From: Escherichia phage phiEcoM-GJ1
Sequence record: NC_010106.1
Direction: 5' to 3' (one strand)
DNA length: 52,975 nucleotides
In this document: positions 8,735-17,429 of the stretch, in pieces
Layout: each line of letters opens with the position of its first letter
Position numbering within the stretch: the stretch's first letter is position 1
Notes under the pieces: generated by a model
The model's input: the letters and a program-made list of their open reading frames with translations, nothing else
Told to the model about the DNA's origin: nothing
Databases searched by the model: none
Program-made: the position numbers and the translations under genes

Positions 8735-8964
8735 CGTCATCCGAATTTACCATTGATGGAGTTCAATACCTGCTGGAATCCGATTGCGAATATCGCCAAT
8801 GGGCAGTAATTCACGACCGAGTTGTAAAATACTTGGAACGTGTGGGTAAGGAAACTTCCAAATCCATGTTGTTTGAGGCAACAGTTCTAGGAACAACCTC
8901 AATCAATAAGGAATTAGTATCCTTCAAATTAACCATTCACCCTAGTGGAAATAATTTTCAATGA
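8731..8964 (+). CDS. hypothetical protein
   Basis: 77-aa ORF, translationally coupled. Confidence 0.5.
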   Translation: MTSSEFTIDGVQYLLESDCEYRQWAVIHDRVVKYLERVGKETSKSMLFEATVLGTTSINKELVSFKLTIHPSGNNFQ

Positions 8965-9236
8965 TTTCGATAGACCAAGTTCCTGTTGAACTAAGTAAGG
9001 CAAAAGGAAAGTTGGACAATGCCAAATCCGACTTGTCGGCCTTCGATTTAAATGCTCCAGTTGATAAAGTTAAAGTTTTCATCGACTGTATTAACGGATG
9101 GGTGCTTGTTGAGCATGCAGTCCTTAGAGCACTACTTGTTGACGAAGTTAACAAAGCTCAGGCAGCATTTGACGAGCTTGATGAACTCAACACACTGTTG
9201 AACAACACTTTAAACGATGCATTAAAGGGTAAATAA
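8961..9236 (+). CDS. hypothetical protein
   Basis: 91-aa ORF, translationally coupled. Confidence 0.5.
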   Translation: MISIDQVPVELSKAKGKLDNAKSDLSAFDLNAPVDKVKVFIDCINGWVLVEHAVLRALLVDEVNKAQAAFDELDELNTLLNNTLNDALKGK

Positions 9237-9631
9237 TGAATGTTAAGCTCGGCCAACGTTCTTTAGACCGACTTAAGGGAGTAAATCCTCCATTAGTTGC
9301 AGTTTTCAAACGGGCATGTGAAACCATGCCCTTTGATGTAACTGTTCTGGAGGGTTTACGCTCTTATGAACGTCAACAAGAGCTTTTAAAGCAGGGTGCA
9401 ACCAAAGTTTCTATTAGCCGACACATGTCAGGCAATGCTTTAGACATTGCACCATATCCAATTGACTGGAATGACCTCGAACGATTCCAAATTGTGGCTG
9501 AACACATGTTCAAAGCTGCAAAAGAGCTTGGAATTGTCATCCGATGGGGTGGAACATGGGAACGTTCATTCACTAAGCCAGTGAAATGGGCCAAGTTCCT
9601 TGATGCACCACACTTCGAACTTCCAGCATAA
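9236..9631 (+). CDS. peptidase M15-family protein (VanY/L-Ala-D-Glu peptidase-like), possible cell-wall hydrolase
   Basis: Zn-ligand pattern typical of M15 peptidases: SRHMSGNALDI and DAPHFEL; 131 aa; no signal peptide. Confidence 0.7.
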   Translation: MNVKLGQRSLDRLKGVNPPLVAVFKRACETMPFDVTVLEGLRSYERQQELLKQGATKVSISRHMSGNALDIAPYPIDWNDLERFQIVAEHMFKAAKELGIVIRWGGTWERSFTKPVKWAKFLDAPHFELPA

Positions 9632-9651
9632 CTTCATCAATGGAGCATCCG

Positions 9652-10197
9652 ATGGAAAACCAAATTATTCAAGCAGTAACACAGCTTAAGTCCTGGCGTA
9701 GAGATGAAACCTTATTGGTTCGTTTCTACACAGGCGAAAACAATTCTAAATTTGAAGATGTGTGGATTGATGGACTGTCTTGGCGTCTTTATGATTTCGA
9801 CATGTCAGAATATTTGCATGAAGATTATGGCATCGAGTATCCAGAAACAGGTACTTATGACATTCTCGAATCAAGTGAAGCAGATGTTACAGAAGTTTGC
9901 TTTGTTGATGGGTTATTCAGCATTCGCAGATATGACAAATTCAACGAACTGCTTACTGACACTGACTTGGATATAATTCTTGCTGCATTCCGTAGCGATG
10001 AAATTGACATTTTCACTGTTTACGACTTGAACGACATGTTCATCACACGTTGCGACTCAATTGTGGACTACTTCAAGCAAGACGATGGGATAGAAGTTCC
10101 TGAAAACCTGCGTCCGTACATTGATTGGGATGCGATTGCAAGAGATTACGGAAGTGATTACATCTTCTCTGAGGGAGTATTGTTCCGCAATGCGTGA
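9652..10197 (+). CDS. ArdA-like acidic protein, candidate anti-restriction DNA mimic
   Basis: Very acidic ~180-aa protein; C-terminal segment EVPENLRPYIDWDAIARDYGSDYIFSEGVLF resembles the conserved ArdA C-terminal region (recalled from memory); early-region position. Confidence 0.5.
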   Translation: MENQIIQAVTQLKSWRRDETLLVRFYTGENNSKFEDVWIDGLSWRLYDFDMSEYLHEDYGIEYPETGTYDILESSEADVTEVCFVDGLFSIRRYDKFNELLTDTDLDIILAAFRSDEIDIFTVYDLNDMFITRCDSIVDYFKQDDGIEVPENLRPYIDWDAIARDYGSDYIFSEGVLFRNA

Positions 10198-10429
10198 TTT
10201 AGCAATTAACGAAATTGAGGCTGGATTGATTGTTCACCACCAGCCTCGTAACACTTTCTATCGTATTCTTGGGCCTACAAAGATTAAAACCCACCCCGGA
10301 GATTGGGTAGACGGGTTTGCTTACCAGGAAGTGAAGAAATATGGGAATCACACTTTCTTGAGTATTGATTCTTCTACTATTTACACACGACCGAAAGAGC
10401 TATTCGACTCAGATTGGAAAACACTATAG
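10193..10429 (+). CDS. hypothetical protein
   Basis: In-frame internal ATG overlapping the previous stop (ATGCGTGA); the track ORF starts earlier at 10121. Confidence 0.4.
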   Translation, partial: RDLAINEIEAGLIVHHQPRNTFYRILGPTKIKTHPGDWVDGFAYQEVKKYGNHTFLSIDSSTIYTRPKELFDSDWKTL

Positions 10430-10497
10430 TTCCAGGCGGTTTCTTCGAAGTGCCAAGCGGGTTTTGTACTCGCATTGGCCTTCGGCTTTAGTCTGAA

Positions 10498-10518
10498 ACA
10501 TTAGTGGGATTTGATTCT
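10498..10518 (+). promoter_or_regulatory. conserved motif copy ACATTAGTGGGATTTGATT (variant)
   Basis: Shares the upstream TCTGAAAC with the copies at 10639 and 13124. Confidence 0.35.
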
Positions 10519-10638
10519 GACCTCTTAGGGAAGAAAGGCATTATACACTTATCGCCAAATGGGTGTCAAGCACTTTCTTCATTTATTTTAATTTATTCTT
10601 ATTATTCTTTTTGTTTGGAATATTGGAATAATTCTGAA

Positions 10639-10659
10639 ACATTAGTTGGAATTGAAGAA
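10639..10659 (+). promoter_or_regulatory. conserved motif copy ACATTAGTTGGAATTGAAG
   Basis: Second copy in the same ORF-free 600-bp interval. Confidence 0.4.
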
Positions 10660-11028
10660 ACAACATCAGATAAGAGCTTTGTAACTAGGTAGTCCGTCTG
10701 GTACCAAGACGTGTGAGAACGTTCGATTCGTTCTACAAAGCTCTTTTCGATGGAATGTTTCCATCATATACATTTATCTTTTAACATAGGCCAAAAGGGC
10801 CAGAATACTTATTCGCAGAAAAGCTATTCACTTGTTATAGGCGATGTATTGGGATGAATTGGTACAAGATACTGAGGCTTTTGGGGCCAATAGAACAGCA
10901 GGAGCCGTGATGCGGCAGACTCATCTGTATGCTTGTCATTCGCAAAATTTGTGTGGCCTTTGTTAATTGGTTTTGGAGAAAGTCCAACTCACAATTATAG
11001 ACCTAAGGCCAACATACAAGGAGCATAA

Positions 11029-11430
11029 ATGATAGTAACTCCAATAAAAGTTAAGAAGAGCAAATTATCTTTACAAGAGAGGACACTAAGAAGCACTATC
11101 AGAGGTATAACAGCAAATAGGATTTCATCTGGAGATATCCAGGCAAAGCCTTGTAGGGTGTGTGGAAGTACATTTGTTGAGGCCCACCATTGGGATTACA
11201 GAACATACAAAGTAATCTTCCTTTGTGCCAAACACCACGTCGAGTGGCATAACCGACAGCGGTACTTCGAGCATCTTAACACAGCGTATGGCATCAAATT
11301 CGTGCACAGACCCAAGCCATTCCGGTTTAAATGGGTGTGGGTGAAGAACCATATGGGCTATCGCCCGAGGCCGTCAGAGACGATGCCAAGCGTCATACGG
11401 CGTGGTCAAAAATTAATCAAGGTAATCTGA
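11029..11430 (+). CDS. HNH endonuclease
   Basis: CRVCGSTFVEAHHWDYRTYKVIFLCAKHHVEWHN: Cys pairs and His cluster typical of HNH nucleases; AAGGAG RBS. Confidence 0.75.
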   Translation: MIVTPIKVKKSKLSLQERTLRSTIRGITANRISSGDIQAKPCRVCGSTFVEAHHWDYRTYKVIFLCAKHHVEWHNRQRYFEHLNTAYGIKFVHRPKPFRFKWVWVKNHMGYRPRPSETMPSVIRRGQKLIKVI

Positions 11431-11611
11431 AAACGCAGCCAAACGTACCCAGAAGACCTAAAAATTTTGACAGTGCAGTTATCCAGAATTGACACAAACA
11501 GTAGGCAGTAGGCTGATTTTCGGCCTTCCTGCGCTACTCTGTGGCCTGTTTCATGGGCCAAAAGATGAGAAGAGAAGTCACAAACACTGAATCGAAAATT
11601 GGAGAGTTCCT

Positions 11612-11821
11612 ATGGTTCAAAAATACGGTGCAATTAATCACAAAAACTTTCAGTTTAAGGGCTACACAATTGAAGAACTGTTAGAACTTGTTGAAGGTTG
11701 GGAGAATAATGCAGAAGCAATAGGTAGTGACCTTTATGATATGACTGGTGACTTGGCTATTGGCCCTAAAATCATGCGCGACTTAATTGCCAAAATTAAG
11801 GAGTTGCAAAATGGTTCGTAA
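11612..11821 (+). CDS. hypothetical protein
   Basis: 69-aa ORF with GGAGAG RBS. Confidence 0.5.
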   Translation: MVQKYGAINHKNFQFKGYTIEELLELVEGWENNAEAIGSDLYDMTGDLAIGPKIMRDLIAKIKELQNGS

Positions 11822-12131
11822 GCATTCTGCTAAAGTTTTGACGTTGAGAAATGTTCTAATGTTCCCTTCAAGTGGGGAAGGAGAGGAAGAAACAATCCAC
11901 TTCGTTCTCGTTGGTGGGCGTTGGTACTATAACGGCACTAATTCTTTCCACGTAAGTCTGTCTGAGAAAGATGGATTCTGGAAACACACCTTTAAGGAGT
12001 TGCTGGAAAGCAGTGCCAACTACACCCTTGCCGAAGTTAAGAAATACTTCTACCTCGGACCAAACAAGTCCATGCAAATTGCAACTCGCGAATGGACAAC
12101 AAACCAACCAATTTACGGAGTTCCATTTTGA
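11811..12131 (+). CDS. hypothetical protein
   Basis: Start taken at ATG 11811 (MVRKHSAK...) after GGAG; the track ORF starts at 11787. Confidence 0.5.
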   Translation: MVRKHSAKVLTLRNVLMFPSSGEGEEETIHFVLVGGRWYYNGTNSFHVSLSEKDGFWKHTFKELLESSANYTLAEVKKYFYLGPNKSMQIATREWTTNQPIYGVPF

Positions 12132-12418
12132 ACTTACAAGACAAATCGAAAGAAGAGTTGATTGAGATTATCCAGAAAGAGCATGAACTCGCTGGCATCA
12201 CAATTAACTTTGAACTCCAGGCAATGCAAGCTGTTGCTTTGGGTCATGGCCTAATGGCTACACTCATTCATGCCAAGAATGTGTTAGGCGTTAACGACGA
12301 AAAATACCAAATTCTGGAGAAAGCTGCGCAAGAGCGGATTTCGCAGTGCTTGGTGACATTAGTTGATTTGGGAATCGACGCAGAAACTGCAAACAAACGT
12401 ATCCTACAAGGCCACTAA
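12128..12418 (+). CDS. hypothetical protein
   Basis: TTG start after GGAG, overlapping the upstream stop (TTGA); alternative ATG start at 12092. Confidence 0.4.
   Translation: MNLQDKSKEELIEIIQKEHELAGITINFELQAMQAVALGHGLMATLIHAKNVLGVNDEKYQILEKAAQERISQCLVTLVDLGIDAETANKRILQGH
12356..12376 (+). promoter_or_regulatory. conserved motif copy ACATTAGTTGATTTGGGAAT (variant, inside a coding region)
   Basis: About 45 bp upstream of the 12420 start codon. Confidence 0.3.
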
Positions 12419-12419
12419 A

Positions 12420-13094
12420 ATGTCTTATCATGATGATGACAAAGAGATTGCACTATCAACGTGTAAGCAATGGCTCAATGATAATGATGCCGTCTATCTT
12501 GCCAAGGAAGATGTTATCATTATGTGGGTCCATTTTAATCCAGAATCGAAGCGCGGTGAGTGGCAACGCTACAAGATGAAAGAGGCTTGTCGCATAATTA
12601 AAGCCACACGCGCTGGCTTCTCTGCTATGAAGTATATTAAGCCAGAGATGCTAATGCTTGCTGCACAGGAAGAAGAACGTGCATATAAGCAAGCTGTAAA
12701 ATCTCGTTCAACTGTTCCTCCAGAGTTCTTTAATTTGGAGCGCGCTGGACACTTCAACAATTTAGAAATGTTGACACTGTGCCTGTTGCAAGAATTAGTT
12801 GGAAGAGGACAAAACATTGAAGCTGTTTGTCTTGGAGAACTCATGAAAGAGTTGTTCTCGGCAAAGGGCTTTGCTGTGCCAAACCGAACTTTACGCTGGA
12901 AATTGTTGCGAGCAGTCGCGCAAGAAGCTGGTGTAGTTGTTCGTGACAGAACAAACCGACTCACTGTGACTGGAGTTGGGCGTTTTGTAGCAATACAGAT
13001 TGAGGGTTATGACGAATCAATCATCACTGAACTCACTGTCGCTGAGACAAAGGATTTAGTAAATAAAACACTAGAACGATTCAATAGATATTGA
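12420..13094 (+). CDS. hypothetical protein
   Basis: 224-aa ORF from ATG 12420 (MSYHDDDKEI...); the track ORF starts at 12363. Confidence 0.55.
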   Translation: MSYHDDDKEIALSTCKQWLNDNDAVYLAKEDVIIMWVHFNPESKRGEWQRYKMKEACRIIKATRAGFSAMKYIKPEMLMLAAQEEERAYKQAVKSRSTVPPEFFNLERAGHFNNLEMLTLCLLQELVGRGQNIEAVCLGELMKELFSAKGFAVPNRTLRWKLLRAVAQEAGVVVRDRTNRLTVTGVGRFVAIQIEGYDESIITELTVAETKDLVNKTLERFNRY

Positions 13095-13123
13095 GTCGTT
13101 TGACGAATCAGAGCAGTTCTGAA

Positions 13124-13144
13124 ACATTAGTTGGATGTGGAAAG
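13124..13144 (+). promoter_or_regulatory. conserved motif ACATTAGTTGGATGTGGAAAG (candidate phage-RNAP promoter)
   Basis: 93 bp upstream of the codon-optimised 13219 gene. Confidence 0.45.
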
Positions 13145-13218
13145 AGAAAGGCTCTTTAATTTTTATCTAAGTCACGTCACCGTGGCGTGCAAAACTATTC
13201 AATATAAGGTATATACAA

Positions 13219-13557
13219 ATGGCTAAGATTGTAACCGTAACTCAGTACGAAGCTAACGATGGTTCCCTGTTCCTGACCGAAGCAGAATGTAATGCGCATG
13301 ACTTCAAACTGGAAAACGGTGCTAAAATTGAGAAAGCTGCCGAAGCGTACCTGAACACCGTTGGCGCTATCGACCGTTCTCGCTCCATGCAGAAGAACAC
13401 CATCGAGCAGTTCCTGGCATTCTACCTGCCGTGGGTTGAAGCTGGTGAGCCGGAAGTTGAGCGTACTAAGTTCGATACTCCGAAAGAAGCTAAAGTTGCT
13501 GACGCAAGTGTTGCCGAAGCTGCCGAAGCTGCTGTTGAAGAAGCTCCGGTATTCTAA
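13219..13557 (+). CDS. hypothetical abundant protein with acidic/Ala-rich C-terminus ending in F
   Basis: 112-aa ORF, AAGG RBS; CTG/CCG/CGT-rich codon usage resembling host highly expressed genes; ends ...AEAAVEEAPVF. Confidence 0.65.
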   Translation: MAKIVTVTQYEANDGSLFLTEAECNAHDFKLENGAKIEKAAEAYLNTVGAIDRSRSMQKNTIEQFLAFYLPWVEAGEPEVERTKFDTPKEAKVADASVAEAAEAAVEEAPVF

Positions 13558-14455
13558 GTTGCCGATGGCAAACTTGAGAGACTAAGCTAAATCGATCTGG
13601 CACGCACTGGAAGATTTCCGGTGCTGCCTTGAATCCATTCCGAGTGAGTGGGTTTCAATTTGTGCATAATCCAAACACCATTGCATGAGCCTTCGACGGA
13701 AGGCAATGTTGGGAAATTTGTTGTGTACAAATTGAAGTAGTTTTCTGAGTCTTACGACGGGCCTAAACTGCCTGAAGTTATTGCGACTGTTTTAAACACT
13801 AAACACAAGTGCAAATGATTCTGAAATGCGAGTTGCGGCTTAATTAAATTTAAGTCCTCTCCGTGGTCTTCCAATCCCATGTAACCAAATTTGGCGCATT
13901 GTGGCTTCGAGATGTGATTAATAAATCGGAGCAATAATTAATTTGTATTCTGCGATGCAATGCAGGCTTAAGTCCCTCAGTGCGCGTAGGGATGTGACAG
14001 AGTACAAACTTAATTATGCAGTTGGATATTTCTAGAGGACGGACGAGCACACTGGAATGTCTTCAATTGGTTTAGTGTGAGAAGCTATGCCAATGTGAAA
14101 CGTAACTCCTTGGGGAAGTGCTCCTCTGGATTTCCCTCCACACAGGAATCTCAAGCCTGTGGCAGCGACTTCGAAGCTGCACTGCGTAACCTAATTCACC
14201 CTAAAGTGAGTTGCCCTGAGCATGGAAATAAACTGCTCATAACCGATGGTATCTACAAAGGTAGATTAAATCAGGTTGCCTGTTGGTACTTGGGTTCAAC
14301 ACCTGCTTGCACTCGCAAAGTAGTGCCTCGTACCTGAGATGAAGTGAGTCGGGACCATCAATCCCACGTTATGTCAAAACACAGTAGGCGACTCACGGAT
14401 TCTACAAGCCTCGCAGTTCGGGAAAACCTGCGTTATCAAAACCCCCTTATTCTTT

Positions 14456-14550
14456 GGACGAGTAGCTCAGAAGGTTTGCATTGTGCTCAGTCAGGTAGAG
14501 CAATCTGTTCGACAGATGTGTCGTTGGTTCGAATCCAACCTTGTCCGCCA
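14456..14550 (+). tRNA. tRNA-like element, non-canonical (possible degenerate or interrupted tRNA)
   Basis: Acceptor stem GGACGAG/CTTGTCC (one G-U), T-arm GTTGG-TTCGAAT-CCAAC, discriminator G plus CCA; TAGCTCAG and TCAGGTAGAGC D-arm halves are separated by a 20-nt insertion that duplicates GCTCAG; the anticodon-arm region forms a hairpin with only a 5-nt loop, so no anticodon can be assigned. Confidence 0.35.
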
Positions 14551-14575
14551 CTCTCAACAACAACATGGAGTCCTC

Positions 14576-14716
14576 ATGGACATTGATGCATTAGACAATT
14601 TGGACTTCGGTGCTGCCGAAGAAGCAATTGAAGAACTCAAGAAGAAGCAGGACGAAGAAGCAATCGTTCCTGGTGCTGGCGATAATGACTGCTCAAGCGG
14701 TGCGTGTGCCATCTAA
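14576..14716 (+). CDS. hypothetical small acidic protein (46 aa)
   Basis: ATG 5 nt after GGAG, directly downstream of the tRNA-like element. Confidence 0.3.
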   Translation: MDIDALDNLDFGAAEEAIEELKKKQDEEAIVPGAGDNDCSSGACAI

Positions 14717-14724
14717 GGTGATTT

Positions 14725-14961
14725 ATGCAACAGCTTAAATCAATAGTTCTTGGCGTCCTGACTGCATTTGGTATTCTTATTGCAGTGTTCCTCAAAGGCA
14801 AAAGCTCAGGCAAAGCCGAGGAGCGTCAGGAAGCCACAGAGAAGCAACTAGATTCATTAAAAGAATCTATCGAGATTAAATCGCATGTTCAGAAAGAAGT
14901 GTCTAGCAGTTCTGATAGCAATGTCGATAGTGAGTTGCTCTCAAAGTGGGTTCGTAAGTGA
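14725..14961 (+). CDS. small membrane protein with N-terminal TM helix and charged helical tail (i-spanin-like or other bitopic membrane protein)
   Basis: AAGGTG RBS; IVLGVLTAFGILIAVFL hydrophobic segment, then a K/E-rich region. Confidence 0.5.
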   Translation: MQQLKSIVLGVLTAFGILIAVFLKGKSSGKAEERQEATEKQLDSLKESIEIKSHVQKEVSSSSDSNVDSELLSKWVRK

Positions 14962-15094
14962 TTATTGCTTAATTGCACAGCCAATATATTTGGATGTTGC
15001 AGAAGTGAAAATCTTATCACGCGAAACCAAAACACAGATTTTAGTCCACAATGAAACGTGGGCACAAAAGTGTTCTCAACTTACCCGACAGTGA
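14885..15094 (+). CDS. predicted lipoprotein (o-spanin-like or Llp-like), overlapping the 3' end of the upstream ORF in another frame
   Basis: MFRKKCLAVLIAMSIVSC: basic n-region, hydrophobic core and lipobox-like IVSC; starts inside the 14725 ORF in the +1 frame. Confidence 0.4.
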   Translation: MFRKKCLAVLIAMSIVSCSQSGFVSDYCLIAQPIYLDVAEVKILSRETKTQILVHNETWAQKCSQLTRQ

Positions 15095-16027
15095 GTGAAC
15101 AAATGCTCGCCATCGCATTTCATTTGGCAGTCCGGTACGGGACTTTAAACACACGTACATCATAGTCGAGGGAGTGCGCGACTTTAAATAACGAGACTCT
15201 AACCACTTGTGGTATGGTAGGTGTAATTCCTGCAAGTTGCTCTGGGCATAACAATTGAAATTGCTGCCTCGCATTGAACGCGAGAAAGTTCAGGTAGTCA
15301 CTTCCTAGAACAGTGGCCGGGAACAGACCTAGACAAAAGTGCTTGAGAACGTTAGCTCTGTCTTGCCAGCATTAATGGCACGTTGGCCGCGTAAAGGCCA
15401 CAGCGTCTGACCAACGTATCGGTCACCAAATTCAATGGATTCGTAGAGTTAATTAAACCTGCACGATGGGATAGGGATGAAGCATCCGAGGCCGACTGTG
15501 TAATTGTGAACGTGGAGTTCACCGAATCCGCCAAATCAATGGGCTAGTGCAAATGTCAGTCACTAGAAGATGTGTTGCAAAACGTCTTCCATGATGTGCA
15601 AAGTGTCAGTCACGTGCCCACCACTTTCCTAACAGTTATGCCTCTGTTCAAAAGGCTCAAGAGAGCGTCTGGCATACCGTAGCGATACGGCTTAGTTGCG
15701 CTGATTGTGTTGTGCAGAAAGAAAGTTCAGGCTTTCGTTTGGGTTACTCCTCATCCCGAAGTTAGCTGGATTCAAAATCCAGACTATGTTCCTATACACA
15801 TGAAATATGCAAGTCGAGGGTTCTTAATGTTCAAACATGATGCGAGCATTAAGCGGGTTTATACTTTTCCCGATGGTCCCCATAAACAAGGCTGATTCAC
15901 TTGGGCGGTTCGAATCAAATTTAATAAGTGTCTTGGCCGCAGTGGAAACATCATTTAAGCCAATGTATTGTAATGTTCGTAATAGTCCACGTCAGGACAC
16001 TTACTTAAATTTTAACTGGAGAGAAAC

Positions 16028-16258
16028 ATGAAAACTGCTGAAATTGCCGAAGAGATTTATAAGGCTGTAATAGCCAGTCAAATTACCAGTGAAGTCCTGC
16101 ACATGGATATTGAAGAAGTTCGCAATGCCTTTGGCGGTTTTGCAATCTTGTCAATAGAAGCTGCGGAAGCACTGACAAACACGTACAACCATCGTGAATA
16201 CGAGAAGCGGTCTGTACTAAATGCGTCGCTAAAAGAAATTCAGGCGTCATTAAAATAA
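16028..16258 (+). CDS. hypothetical protein
   Basis: 76-aa ORF with GGAGAG RBS. Confidence 0.55.
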   Translation: MKTAEIAEEIYKAVIASQITSEVLHMDIEEVRNAFGGFAILSIEAAEALTNTYNHREYEKRSVLNASLKEIQASLK

Positions 16259-16314
16259 TACCATTATCATGGTGCGGAGCTAATTTATCTCCCACCATAT
16301 GAACCGGAGAGCAA

Positions 16315-16965
16315 ATGATTACTGCAACACTCGTTGACCACATGGGCAGCGACCTCACAACTGTTAATGCTGCACGAGCTTCTTATGGTGCAGAGTCCCA
16401 TGAGATGACATTGCGCGACGAAAAGCTCATTGAATTTCTCGCAAGGCATAAGCACAATACACCTTTTGCCCATGCGTATGTAACATTACGCTGCACTGCA
16501 CCAATCTTTGTTGCACGCCAACTGGGTAAGCACCAGGTGGGCTTTCGTTGGAACGAAGTTAGCCGTCGTTACAAAGATGGCGAAGCAATCGAAATTGAAT
16601 GCTTTGTACCTGATGTGGTGTTTGGTCGTCCTGAAAAGTTGATGACTCAGACTGCACAACCATTGCCACAGGATTTTGCTGACGATATTCACTATCGCAT
16701 GGAAATCCACAACAAGGCTTGCATTGCAGAGTATGAAACGTTAATTGGTTTGGGGATTGCTCCAGAGCAAGCCCGAATGGTGTTGCCACAATCCATGATG
16801 ACTACATGGATTTGGACTGGCTCTTTACTGGGCTGGGCTAATATGTACAAGCAACGCTCTACAGAGCACGCCCAATATGAGGCACGTTTGTTTGCAGAAG
16901 AAGTTAATAAAATTATGTCAGAACTATTTCCGGTTTGCTGGAAGGCTTTGACTAATCAGGAATAA
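16315..16965 (+). CDS. thyX: ThyX-like flavin-dependent thymidylate synthase homolog with non-canonical signature
   Basis: Resembles ThyX across the N-terminal half (HxxTPFxHxxxTxxxxAPIFVARQ...S-RY); the position of the canonical RHR-x7-S signature reads KHQ-x8-S. Confidence 0.75.
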   Translation: MITATLVDHMGSDLTTVNAARASYGAESHEMTLRDEKLIEFLARHKHNTPFAHAYVTLRCTAPIFVARQLGKHQVGFRWNEVSRRYKDGEAIEIECFVPDVVFGRPEKLMTQTAQPLPQDFADDIHYRMEIHNKACIAEYETLIGLGIAPEQARMVLPQSMMTTWIWTGSLLGWANMYKQRSTEHAQYEARLFAEEVNKIMSELFPVCWKALTNQE

Positions 16966-16985
16966 TAGTTGAAGGAGGTCTGGCG

Positions 16986-17429
16986 ATGAAGCTAGCCAAA
17001 AGCTATATATATAAGGTCGCCAGCACCCGAACACTTACTTGGACCCTCAATGGTAAAGGTTATTTGTCTGCAACCATGCGATATAATAATCACAAATATA
17101 CTATTTATAAACATGTCCTAGTATTCTTTATTCATAATGGGTACGTTCCAGAAGAGGTTGACCACATTGATGGCAACACATTGAATAATGAACCGAGCAA
17201 CCTCAGAGACTCTACTCGCTCGCAAAATTGCAGCAACAGGAAAGTGTTCTCTAATAACGCTCTCGGTGTAAAAGGCGTCCGTAAAGTAGGTAACTCTTAC
17301 CAGGTAAGAGTCTGCCACAACGGTAAGACAACGTATATGAGGGCTTCTTCACTGGAAGAGGCCCAAATTATGTCCAAAAGAATAAGGCAATCTCTGCACA
17401 AGGAGTTCGCCAACGAAGGTAAAATCTAA
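16986..17429 (+). CDS. HNH-AP2 homing endonuclease (copy 1 of 3)
   Basis: HNH core HVLVFFIHNGYVPEEVDHIDGNTLNNEPSNLR followed by an AP2-type DNA-binding segment GVKGVRKVGNSYQVRV...; GGAGG RBS. Confidence 0.8.
   Translation: MKLAKSYIYKVASTRTLTWTLNGKGYLSATMRYNNHKYTIYKHVLVFFIHNGYVPEEVDHIDGNTLNNEPSNLRDSTRSQNCSNRKVFSNNALGVKGVRKVGNSYQVRVCHNGKTTYMRASSLEEAQIMSKRIRQSLHKEFANEGKI

Noticed and set aside
14077-14586. Track ORFs 14077..14337 and 14344..14586 on the + strand inside the ORF-poor island
   Set aside because: No RBS and Cys/Ser/His-rich translations atypical of the rest of the genome; the second overlaps the tRNA-like element. Treated as non-coding.
13558-16027. Possibility of a group I intron or retron in the ORF-poor island
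   Set aside because: No flanking split gene, no reverse transcriptase ORF, and I cannot recognise conserved intron core elements by eye; left as an unassigned structured region.
15707-16031. Track ORFs 15707..15895 and 15837..16031
   Set aside because: No RBS and they overlap each other; the region carries hairpins and direct repeats and is more consistent with non-coding RNA or regulatory DNA.
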